Assembly: GCA_045601505.1 (NCBI GenBank)
Contig: JAZRZS010000029.1
Location: 1-43,626 of the forward strand
Source of the DNA: Acutalibacteraceae bacterium
GTDB lineage: Bacteria; Bacillota; Clostridia; Oscillospirales; Acutalibacteraceae
Reading direction: 5' to 3'
DNA: 43,626 nt
The notes under the pieces were generated by a model that was not told the DNA's origin, searched no databases, and saw nothing but the letters and a program-made list of their open reading frames with translations. Shown in pieces: positions 15,431-23,394 of this stretch. Each line of letters opens with the position of its first letter. The first letter of the stretch is position 1. A program made the translations under genes and the position numbers.

Positions 15431-15475
15431 GCGTCTGCCTGCGGTTTCCCGCAGGCAGACGCCAGATGGTGTTTT
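15431..15475 (+). terminator. Strong GC-rich hairpin after gene E (terminator or attenuator)
   Basis: Perfect 14-bp stem GCGTCTGCCTGCGG / CCGCAGGCAGACGC with a TTTC loop, followed by CAGATGGTGTTTTCGG, which is only a weak T-tract. Confidence 0.55.
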
Positions 15476-15621
15476 CGGCAGGATTGTGGTTAGAGTGTAT
15501 ACTGCTGCCATTGGATTCTGATAAGTTATTTGTTTAAAAATTCCATATTTAGTTTGAAAATAAAGCGTTATCCGTTAATTCGGGCATCGCTATATCGTTG
15601 CTTTTAGGGAGGATGATTATT

Positions 15622-16629
15622 TTGCGCCTGTTTTGGCACGAGCAACAAGACCAAAAGAGGAAAAAGAGAACTCTTATTCTGCTTTTGATTGCATTGTTGT
15701 TGATTTTACTTCCGCTATGCACTGTGGCTACTTATACGTGGTTGGGTATCAGCAAAACCCCTAAAGTCAGCGATATGGAGATGACAATTAACTGCGACCC
15801 AGGACTGCAACTTGCCTGGGATATTGAGGCAGAAGATGACGAGTGGAAGCAACAACTCGATTTTACCGATGCAGTAGGTACAGATACGTTGCTCACCCCT
15901 GTTACCTGGTCGGACAAGGAGAAGAGTTTTTACACCGCAAAGTTCGGGGCAGACGGCAGAATAGTGGATATAGGCGTTCGTCTGTCGGACGAAAAAGACT
16001 CTAACGGCAGAGACGGACACTACGTTAAATTCACCTTTTATGGAAGAACCGAACAGGAGGTTGAGGTTTCGCTTTCGCCTGCGGTATCAGCCAGTGATGA
16101 CGGCAGTAAAAGTGCAGGAACCTATCTTTTGGGAACACCCCTATGGCAAGAAAATTCTAAAGCTCATAAAGATGGCGGTCAGGGTGCTCAATTTGCAACC
16201 CGCGTGGGTTTTATTATTTCAAAAATCAATAACGAGGGAGTAGTTACCTCGCAAAAACCGATGCTGATATATGAGCCAAATTGCGACAGGCATATAGACG
16301 GCAGTTCTGGATATGTTGACACTCCGTCTATTGACGGCTTTGAAGATTTAGTCGGTGCGGACAGATTGATAAAGCAAACCACTTCCCACTGGGAAGAGGG
16401 ATATCCTGTTGAGCGGGATGTGATTATAAGAGATTTAGGTGTTTTTGAAGACGATGTTACACTGTTCCAACTTGATAATAATGAAAAGGTGAAGATTGAT
16501 GTTTACGTCTGGCTTGAAGGTATGGATGTTGACTGTGTGAACGTCTTGGGAACAGGAGCGCAATTCTTTGCTAATCTTCAGTTATCTGCTATTCCGGATA
16601 ATCAGTCGGGATTGGTGCCCATTCAGTAA
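15622..16629 (+). CDS. Family member 'F' (~335 aa): SipW-type signal peptide protein, short form
   Basis: TTG 15622 lies 9 nt after AGGGAGG. ATG 15613 abuts the RBS and TTG 15598 is the longest ORF start, so the start is uncertain. Signal is KRKKRTLILLLIALLLILLPLCTVATYTWLGISKTPKVSDMEMTIN. Motifs are FGADGRI, GHYVKFTFYGRTEQEVEVSL and VYVWLEGMDVDCVN...FFANLQLSA. Confidence 0.8.
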   Translation: MRLFWHEQQDQKRKKRTLILLLIALLLILLPLCTVATYTWLGISKTPKVSDMEMTINCDPGLQLAWDIEAEDDEWKQQLDFTDAVGTDTLLTPVTWSDKEKSFYTAKFGADGRIVDIGVRLSDEKDSNGRDGHYVKFTFYGRTEQEVEVSLSPAVSASDDGSKSAGTYLLGTPLWQENSKAHKDGGQGAQFATRVGFIISKINNEGVVTSQKPMLIYEPNCDRHIDGSSGYVDTPSIDGFEDLVGADRLIKQTTSHWEEGYPVERDVIIRDLGVFEDDVTLFQLDNNEKVKIDVYVWLEGMDVDCVNVLGTGAQFFANLQLSAIPDNQSGLVPIQ

Positions 16630-16725
16630 AAAACGCTGTGCGGTTTTTAATATAGTAATTCAATAGTATATTCTTGGGATTTTTAGTCTCAGGAGTTTGT
16701 ATTGGAATATAAAAGGAGAGGTTTT

Positions 16726-17535
16726 ATGAGCCAGAAAGAGAAAAACATCATTGCAACCCCTAAAACTGTACCCCAAACGGACGGTAGCACTGCAGTAGAA
16801 AGCAAGCCTGCCAAGAAAAACAAGGTGTTAAGCAGTATTATCAATGTTGTTTTGGTAATAGCGATTGTTTTGGCAATTATGGCAACCTATGTATCATACG
16901 TTTCTACATCAGGTAGCGGAGTTCCAAGTATTTTGGGTATGAGACTGTTTTCTATACGTACAGACTCAATGTATGATACCCTTATGCCAGGCGATTTAAT
17001 TATTGACACCGCGGTTAAAGACCCCGAGAGTCTCAAAAAGAATGACGTTATTACCTATTGGACCGTTATTGACGGCGAACGAGTTCTCAATACTCACCGT
17101 ATTGTTGAAATTTATGACGGTAACGGCTTCCTCATTTTTGCTACAAAGGGTGATAACAACAGCACAGTCGATACATTGACCGTTCACGAATCGGAAATTG
17201 TTGGTAAGTATTCCTTCAGAATTCCCGGTGTCGGTAAGGCTTTTGATTATTTGCAGACCAGCACAGGTTTCCTTATTGTTGTTGTTATTCCTGTGGTTAT
17301 ATTCCTGATTTATCAGTTGATTCAGTTCTTCCGCGTGCTCTTTGAGTATCAGAATGTTAAGAGCAGAATTCGTTTTGAAATGGAACGCGGACGTACAGAA
17401 GACCTCATTGAAGAGCAGAACCGCCGCGAAGAAGAACTTAAGCAGGCGGAACGTGAAAAAATAGAGGCAGAATTGCGCGAAAAGATTCGTGCTGAACTTA
17501 TGGCTGATTCCGAACAAAAAGAAGATAAAGAATAA
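16726..17535 (+). CDS. sipW: SipW-type (ER/archaeal-type, S26B) signal peptidase I with a C-terminal TM and charged coiled-coil tail
   Basis: ATG lies 4 nt after AAAGGAGAGG. Catalytic boxes are RTDSMYDTLMPGDLII, NTHRIVEI and ATKGDNN. A second TM is GFLIVVVIPVVIFLIYQLIQFF. The tail is EMERGRTEDLIEEQNRREEELKQAEREKIEAELREKIRAEL. Confidence 0.85.
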   Translation: MSQKEKNIIATPKTVPQTDGSTAVESKPAKKNKVLSSIINVVLVIAIVLAIMATYVSYVSTSGSGVPSILGMRLFSIRTDSMYDTLMPGDLIIDTAVKDPESLKKNDVITYWTVIDGERVLNTHRIVEIYDGNGFLIFATKGDNNSTVDTLTVHESEIVGKYSFRIPGVGKAFDYLQTSTGFLIVVVIPVVIFLIYQLIQFFRVLFEYQNVKSRIRFEMERGRTEDLIEEQNRREEELKQAEREKIEAELREKIRAELMADSEQKEDKE

Positions 17536-17543
17536 TTAATTAT

Positions 17544-17578
17544 ATGTCGAACGGCGTGTCTCACTGCCGTTTCGACAT
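17544..17578 (+). other. Stem-loop after sipW-1
   Basis: ATGTCGAACGGC / GCCGTTTCGACAT with one bulged T and a 10-nt loop, and no T-run. It separates the first module from the McrB-like pair. Confidence 0.35.
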
Positions 17579-17662
17579 ACTGCGCTTAAAAGACTATTTT
17601 GCAAATCAATAAGAATGTAAAATCACTTGTTTCAGGCGGATGGATTTTTGGAGGTGAACCTC

Positions 17663-19243
17663 TTGACAGATAATTTTTTCAGATATTTCTATGAGGATAT
17701 AGGACGTGTGTTCGGCGCTTTATGGGAGGTTTTCCTTTCAGTTTTCAACTTTTTTAACTATCTCATTAATTTTCCTATGCGAATGAAGTTAATAAAATCG
17801 CACTCCGCTGATTTTGGAATAGTTGATTGGATTTTGTTACTTGTCGCCCACATTATACTCATTGCTCTGACGGTGGCTTTAATCGTTGTGTTAGTAAAAA
17901 CTTTCCGCCACATTTTCAGATTCAGAGTGCCTGTCAAGAAGTATGATGAGGTGGTTCGTCAGGTTAAGCAACTTCAACGAGACCTGATAAGAGCAAATTA
18001 TGAAAAGGATAAACTTTTATCCCTTAAGGTTGCTGAACTCGGCATTAATCCTGATGAGGTATTGGTTGACTCGCTTTATGAAGAAAAGCAGGCAGAAGAA
18101 ATCGCAGAAGTCAACAGCAAGCGCAACACCAGAACCTCTCCTTGTGTAGATCCTGCTTCAAGCCGTTTTTTCAGACTTACCTCGGTGGATAATTATTATA
18201 AAACAGAATATGTTGTTCCAACCTATAATAATAACATTTCGTTAGAAGAATTTTGTGAACTTTTCAGAAAATTTTCTGCATCAAAACTCGGTCTTTATTA
18301 CGACCTTGACCTTATACGTTATTTTATTGCTTCACTCGGAACCTCAAGAATTGTAATATTGCAGGGTATTTCGGGTACCGGTAAAACCTCACTTGCGTAT
18401 GCTTTCGGTAAGTTTGTTAATAAAGATACCACTGTGGTTCCTGTTCAACCTTCGTGGCGCGAACGTACCGAACTTTACGGTTACTTTAACGAATTTACAA
18501 AAATTTATACCGAGACCGACTTTTTACGTGCGGTATATGAAGCAAACTATTACCGCGACCCGCACATTCTTATCCTTGATGAGATGAACATTGCACGTGT
18601 TGAGTATTACTTTGCGGAAATTTTGTCTATCCTCGAAATGCCGCTTGAGAGCGAGTGGAATATCGATATTGTTACTGCTATGTGGGATAATGACCCGTGT
18701 CTTATCGAAAACGGTAAGCTTGCTATCAGTAATAATATCTGGTTTATCGGTACTATCAACAACGACGACTCGACCTTTGCCGTTGCCGATAAGGTTTATG
18801 ACCGTGCAATTCCTATCGACCTTGACAGCCGCGCAGACAAGTTCGAGTGCGAAGAAACCGACTCGATATTCGTAAGCACCGACCATCTGAACGCTTTATT
18901 TGCCGAAGCAAAAGAAAAATATCCGATTTCACAGGATATACTCGATAAAATTGATGAGGTAAATAATTATCTTATTGCAAATTTCCGTCTGGCATTCGGT
19001 AACCGTATTATGAAGCAACTTTGTGATTTCGTGCCTTGCCTTATCGCTTGTGGCGGAACCGAAATTGAAGCGGTTGACTTTATGATTGCCAAAAAGGTTT
19101 TGCGTAAGTTTGAGTCTCTGAGCCTTGGATTTATGAGGGATGAATTAACGCGATTCAATTCATATCTTGACAAGGTGTTCGGCAAAAACAGTATGAAGAT
19201 TTGTAAAGAATATATTGACAGTTTAAAGAAAAATGCTAACTAA
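17663..19243 (+). CDS. Membrane-anchored McrB-like AAA+ (GTPase-type) NTPase
   Basis: TTG 17663 lies 8 nt after GGAGG; the track start is 17627. The N-terminus has hydrophobic segments (VFGALWEVFLSVFNFFNYLINF and IVDWILLLVAHIILIALTVALIVVLV) and a short coiled coil. The McrB-type core has Walker A GISGTGKTS, then VQPSWRERTELYGYF, Walker B ILILDEMNIARVEYYFAEILSILE, and WFIGTINNDDSTFAVADKVYDRA. Confidence 0.8.
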   Translation: MTDNFFRYFYEDIGRVFGALWEVFLSVFNFFNYLINFPMRMKLIKSHSADFGIVDWILLLVAHIILIALTVALIVVLVKTFRHIFRFRVPVKKYDEVVRQVKQLQRDLIRANYEKDKLLSLKVAELGINPDEVLVDSLYEEKQAEEIAEVNSKRNTRTSPCVDPASSRFFRLTSVDNYYKTEYVVPTYNNNISLEEFCELFRKFSASKLGLYYDLDLIRYFIASLGTSRIVILQGISGTGKTSLAYAFGKFVNKDTTVVPVQPSWRERTELYGYFNEFTKIYTETDFLRAVYEANYYRDPHILILDEMNIARVEYYFAEILSILEMPLESEWNIDIVTAMWDNDPCLIENGKLAISNNIWFIGTINNDDSTFAVADKVYDRAIPIDLDSRADKFECEETDSIFVSTDHLNALFAEAKEKYPISQDILDKIDEVNNYLIANFRLAFGNRIMKQLCDFVPCLIACGGTEIEAVDFMIAKKVLRKFESLSLGFMRDELTRFNSYLDKVFGKNSMKICKEYIDSLKKNAN

Positions 19244-19272
19244 ATAATTATTCTATAGAAAGGGTGGGGGTT

Positions 19273-21057
19273 ATGTCTGAAACGTCTGCTTCTAAAAGCA
19301 AGAATACAAAGGCTAAAAAAACTGCAGTTATTGATGCTGTATATCAGAAATATACCAAGGGCGTTATCCGCACATTAGCCAGCACCGATTTCTATGAATT
19401 TTTTATGGATATGATAGAGAGGGCTGAAAATGAATTTCAGTTCTCAAACCGCAGATGCGAAAAGGTTATAGATCCTAAATGGGTTGACGCGGTGGATAAT
19501 TCGCTTGTGGGATTTCAGAATATTATTTCAAATCCCCGTAACATCATCAAGGAAGAAGAACTGATTGTAAACGTAGCTCACGCCAAAAAGGGCGGTCAGG
19601 ATGTTGTACGTCATCTCGCGCAACATGGAAACTTTGTATCTTCTTTTGATTATGAAACAAGGGAAGTCAAACCTAATAAACTGATGCAGAAACTCAGAGA
19701 GGATTCCAACGAGCTGTACGAAAACCGCTTTGTTTACACGATTTTGGAATCTGCCCATCACTTTGTGAAAATTCGTTATGAAGCACTCTTTAACGCTATG
19801 GGTGATGAGTTTGGTGCAAAACTTAAAATGCAGTCCGACCTTGACTGCGCCAGCGAAACCATTCACTTTGATATGTTTATGCATATCAAGGATAAGCAAA
19901 GTGTTCTTGAGATTGACGAAAAATGCGGCGATATGCTGTCAAGCGTTGCCAGACTTTACCGTGTGCTCACTATGTTTATGGCGTCCCCATTTGCTCAGCA
20001 AATGTCACGTCTGCCGCGTGTTAAGGGTGCAATCACCAAAACAAACGTGCTTAAAAAACACCCTGATTATAAGTTGATTGTGAAACTCTGGGAGTTTCTT
20101 AAGCAGTATGATGCTGTGGGTTACGCCCTTAAAATTACCGAACAAAATCCTCAGATTACCGAAAGTTTTCAAAAGGATTTGTTCCATAATATTATGTATC
20201 AGTACATTGTGCTTAAAGGTTATCTTGAATCCGAACAGGACCGTCAGGTACCTGTGCCTTTAAAGCAGAGAAAGCGTACCTTGAAGCCAAAGTTTATCCG
20301 TGAGATTATCGAAGAACTCACTGAAGACTATGACCTTCCTGATATTGAAGTCAGAAAGGTATTAATAGAGCAGCTTACTAAGGAACAACTTATGCTTGAA
20401 GAGGCAGAGGAACGCCGCCGTTTAGTTGCTGAACAGGAGCGTCAGAGGAAAGAAGAGGAAGAAAGACTCCGCCTTGAAGCAGAAAAAGAAAAGGAACGTC
20501 TGCAAAAGGAAAAAGAGGCCGAACTCGAACGAATCAGACGTGAAAAAGAGGCAGAGGAAGAAAGACTTCGCGTCCAACGTCTTGAACAGGAGAATATTGA
20601 CCGTTACTGTGCTAATGTTTACGGTAAAGAAATTGAAAAACTCTTAAGGTCATTGCCACTTCAACTTGAACTTCGCAAAGAAGCGGAGGAAAAGGAAAAA
20701 ACGGTTACAAAGTCTGATTTTGAAAACGCGGTTGAAGAAATGGATGCCGCCGAAAAGCGCCGACTTTCACGTGCTGAACGTGAGCGCCGCCGTTTACAAG
20801 AAGAACGTGAGCGTCTTGAACTGGCAAGGCAGGAAGAAGAACGTTTGCGCTTGGAAAACGAGGCGCGTTTATTAGAACAACAGAGTATTGAAGATGCTGA
20901 GAACGTTAAGCATTTCCTTGTAATTCTTAGCGCTTTTGAAGACGAACTTGTGGTGCAGAAATATGAACGTCAGGTCTACGTTTCAAGAATCTGCGAAGAA
21001 AAAGAACGATTTGAACGCGAACGAAAAGAATGGCGTGCGCGCAAATCGGTTGGTTAA
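19273..21057 (+). CDS. McrC-N/DUF2357-like protein lacking a nuclease domain, with a ~230-aa Glu/Arg/Lys-rich coiled-coil C-terminus
   Basis: ATG 19273 follows GAAAGGG. The N-terminal ~330 aa carry ENRFVYTILESAHHFV and TNVLKKHPDYKLIVKLWEFLKQY, which resemble the McrC N-domain/DUF2357 signatures ENRf and d.rY...lW. The C-terminus is EERRRLVAEQERQRKEEEERLRLEAEKEKERLQKEKEAELERIRREKEAEEERLRVQRLEQE...RRLQEERERLELARQEEERLRLENE. I saw no PD-(D/E)xK motif. Confidence 0.65.
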   Translation: MSETSASKSKNTKAKKTAVIDAVYQKYTKGVIRTLASTDFYEFFMDMIERAENEFQFSNRRCEKVIDPKWVDAVDNSLVGFQNIISNPRNIIKEEELIVNVAHAKKGGQDVVRHLAQHGNFVSSFDYETREVKPNKLMQKLREDSNELYENRFVYTILESAHHFVKIRYEALFNAMGDEFGAKLKMQSDLDCASETIHFDMFMHIKDKQSVLEIDEKCGDMLSSVARLYRVLTMFMASPFAQQMSRLPRVKGAITKTNVLKKHPDYKLIVKLWEFLKQYDAVGYALKITEQNPQITESFQKDLFHNIMYQYIVLKGYLESEQDRQVPVPLKQRKRTLKPKFIREIIEELTEDYDLPDIEVRKVLIEQLTKEQLMLEEAEERRRLVAEQERQRKEEEERLRLEAEKEKERLQKEKEAELERIRREKEAEEERLRVQRLEQENIDRYCANVYGKEIEKLLRSLPLQLELRKEAEEKEKTVTKSDFENAVEEMDAAEKRRLSRAERERRRLQEERERLELARQEEERLRLENEARLLEQQSIEDAENVKHFLVILSAFEDELVVQKYERQVYVSRICEEKERFERERKEWRARKSVG

Positions 21058-21132
21058 AAGGGCATGTTTTGCGCGGTTTTGAATTTTACTATAAAAAATA
21101 TTACAGTGTGAAAAATCACAATAAATAGGTAT

Positions 21133-22491
21133 ATGAAAAACTTACTTTTAAAGTTAATTACAATTGGAATGTTCATTGTGCTTACATTGGTAATAGTGGT
21201 TGCTTCTTCGTATGCTTGGATGAGTATGTCTACTTCGCCTACAATGTCAGGCTTGCAGATTAAAATCGGCGGAAGCAATACCATTTTGATTGCACCTGAT
21301 ATCACCAAAACGGTGGAAGGGAATATTATTCATTATCCGGGTGAATTTTCCGCTTCAATGAATTTTTCCAAACAAAATAACTATGCTTATCTGCAAAATC
21401 TGGTTGATTTATCGCCCGTTTCCACTGCAGACGGTATAAATTGGTATTTCCCCGCATATTACTCATCTTCCGAAGAAAATTCCGCAAATGACGGAACACT
21501 TCGTGAGATTTCGGACTTTTTGCTGGACGATACAATGTTGTATGCAAATTTAGAAGAACTTCCTGCAGATGATTCGGTTAACGGTTGCTATGCCGCCATA
21601 GATTTTTGGGTGGTTTCGCCTGCAAACTGCAATTTGCGCGTTTCGGTTGGGGACGGTGACGGCGGAAGTTACCTTATTAATCTCCCTCAACCTATAGATG
21701 ACGAAAACGGTAGTTATAAACTGGATATGAGCAATAAACTGTTGGCTTCCTGTGCGCGTGTAGGCTTTCTTGCAAATACCCACACGGTTAAGGATTTGTC
21801 TATAAATAATTACATTAACAGTCCGAAATATAACACTCATTACCGTTCCTTGAGGGGTATTTATCAGGAAAAGGGCGGGGAGAAAAATTATCATCCCGCT
21901 GAATTCACAATATATGAGCCTAATGCCAATTATCATCATGAGGATGGGGCGTATACTTTATCGAGAGACGGCAAGAATTACCGCCTTTGCGAAAACGGCA
22001 GTTATGTTGTGACAAAATCTATTGGAAATGTTGACGGTGTAGCACAACTTGTGGATGTGTCAGGCCGTACTACAGTTCAGACATCGTCTGACTGGAGTTT
22101 GATTAATGAAAACGATTATCACATTGAGCAGATTTTTCAGGCATATTTAGCAGGTGTTCAGTCTCCTGAGCTTGATATATTGGCTGACGGGTTCTATAGA
22201 CGTTATTTAGGCTATCAGTGCAATACATATCTGAATAAGGGCTCATTTATTAAAAATACTGAAAATTTAATCCGTGCCGCTGATGGTGACGGTGTGGTGG
22301 AACCCGATATATTTAATGCGCTTAATACCCACGGCGCAACCGATGACATTGTTATCGTGGGTCTTGAAAAGAATATTCCTCAGCGTATCAGGATGTTTGT
22401 CTGGATAGAGGGACAGGACATTGATTGTGCAAAGGTCGGCAGCACAGGCGGACTTATGCTTAATCTTGAATTGGCGGGTAGCGCAGAATAA
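21133..22491 (+). CDS. Family member 'I' (452 aa): SipW-type signal peptide protein, short form
   Basis: Signal is KLITIGMFIVLTLVIVVASSYAWMSMSTSPTMSGLQIKIGGSN. Motifs are PVSTADGINWYFP, CYAAIDFWVVSPANCNLRVSV and MFVWIEGQDIDCAKVGSTGGLMLNLELAG. Confidence 0.8.
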   Translation: MKNLLLKLITIGMFIVLTLVIVVASSYAWMSMSTSPTMSGLQIKIGGSNTILIAPDITKTVEGNIIHYPGEFSASMNFSKQNNYAYLQNLVDLSPVSTADGINWYFPAYYSSSEENSANDGTLREISDFLLDDTMLYANLEELPADDSVNGCYAAIDFWVVSPANCNLRVSVGDGDGGSYLINLPQPIDDENGSYKLDMSNKLLASCARVGFLANTHTVKDLSINNYINSPKYNTHYRSLRGIYQEKGGEKNYHPAEFTIYEPNANYHHEDGAYTLSRDGKNYRLCENGSYVVTKSIGNVDGVAQLVDVSGRTTVQTSSDWSLINENDYHIEQIFQAYLAGVQSPELDILADGFYRRYLGYQCNTYLNKGSFIKNTENLIRAADGDGVVEPDIFNALNTHGATDDIVIVGLEKNIPQRIRMFVWIEGQDIDCAKVGSTGGLMLNLELAGSAE

Positions 22492-22523
22492 GTTTAGTTC
22501 AGACTTTTGAAAGAAGGTGTGGC

Positions 22524-23318
22524 GTGAAAACGGAAGATGGAAATAAAACCGAATTCAAACTACGGTTGGCTTCTGGATTTACGACGCTGTTATTAATTGT
22601 GGCTATTGTATGTTGTCTTTTTTTTACACTGCAAAGCCTTTCTAAAGGGTATGTTTCCTTTGGCGGCACAAGTATTTTCCGTGTTGTGACGGGAAGTATG
22701 GAACCGCAAATTCCTGTTGGTGCACTGTTAGTATCCCAAAAAGAAGATATAGAAAAAATTTCGGTTGATGATATAGTTTGCTTCCGCTCCAAAGAAGCGG
22801 GGACGCGAAGCATTATTATAACCCATCGCGTTGTCGGTATTTTTACCGCCCCCAATGGCAAACCTTTATTGCAGACAAAGGGGGATGCAAATCTCAGCGT
22901 GGATGCGGAATATGTTTCCGAAAAAAATTTGATAGGCCGTGTAACATGGCATTCGGGGGTTGGAAGTAAAGTGGCGACAATTATTAGTTTTTTAACCAGC
23001 GATTTCGGATTTTTAGCATGTATTATTCTGCCTGTAATCCTTATTGCAATTATCGTATTCCGCAATGCTATCAAGAGTGTGAAAAATGCGATTATTGTTG
23101 CTCAAAAACAGTTGGAAGAACAGAATTCGCAAAGCAAAATCAAGGCAGAAATTTCTAAAGAAGAATACGAGGAAATGTACTTAAGAATTGCCAAAGAAGT
23201 GAGAGAGGAGTTGGAGCAGGATGCTGAAAAATCAGTGGAACAAGATGAAAAAAATGCTTTTGAATCGTGTGACACAGTTGAAGCAAATGCAACTGCTTCA
23301 ACAGATGAAGAAACTTAA
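22524..23318 (+). CDS. sipW: SipW-type signal peptidase I, second copy, with a C-terminal TM and charged tail
   Basis: GTG start follows GAAGGTG. Boxes are VTGSMEPQIPVGALLV, ITHRVVGI and QTKGDAN. The second TM is FGFLACIILPVILIAIIVF. The tail is AQKQLEEQNSQSKIKAEISKEEYEEMYLRIAKEVREELEQDAEKS. Confidence 0.85.
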   Translation: MKTEDGNKTEFKLRLASGFTTLLLIVAIVCCLFFTLQSLSKGYVSFGGTSIFRVVTGSMEPQIPVGALLVSQKEDIEKISVDDIVCFRSKEAGTRSIIITHRVVGIFTAPNGKPLLQTKGDANLSVDAEYVSEKNLIGRVTWHSGVGSKVATIISFLTSDFGFLACIILPVILIAIIVFRNAIKSVKNAIIVAQKQLEEQNSQSKIKAEISKEEYEEMYLRIAKEVREELEQDAEKSVEQDEKNAFESCDTVEANATASTDEET

Positions 23319-23394
23319 AAATCTTATTTTAAACGGTACAACCGAAGAAATAAACAAGGAAAATGAAACAATAGAACAGCACCTGAGGCGAGGT

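Noticed and set aside
20390-21050. Highly repetitive GAA/GAG/CGT-rich DNA (and the CCT/TCT-rich stretch at 10033-10160), considered as a possible repeat array or CRISPR
   Set aside because: Both are in-frame coding low-complexity regions: an ER/K coiled coil and a Pro/Ser/Thr linker. They have no repeat-spacer periodicity. I saw no CRISPR array anywhere in the window.
23221-23394. Upstream extension of gene K, overlapping the end of sipW-2
   Set aside because: The extension (MLKNQWNKMKKMLLNRV...) has no RBS and overlaps sipW-2 by about 100 nt. ATG 23395 follows GAGG and gives a normal basic-hydrophobic signal. ATG 23305 remains a possible alternative.
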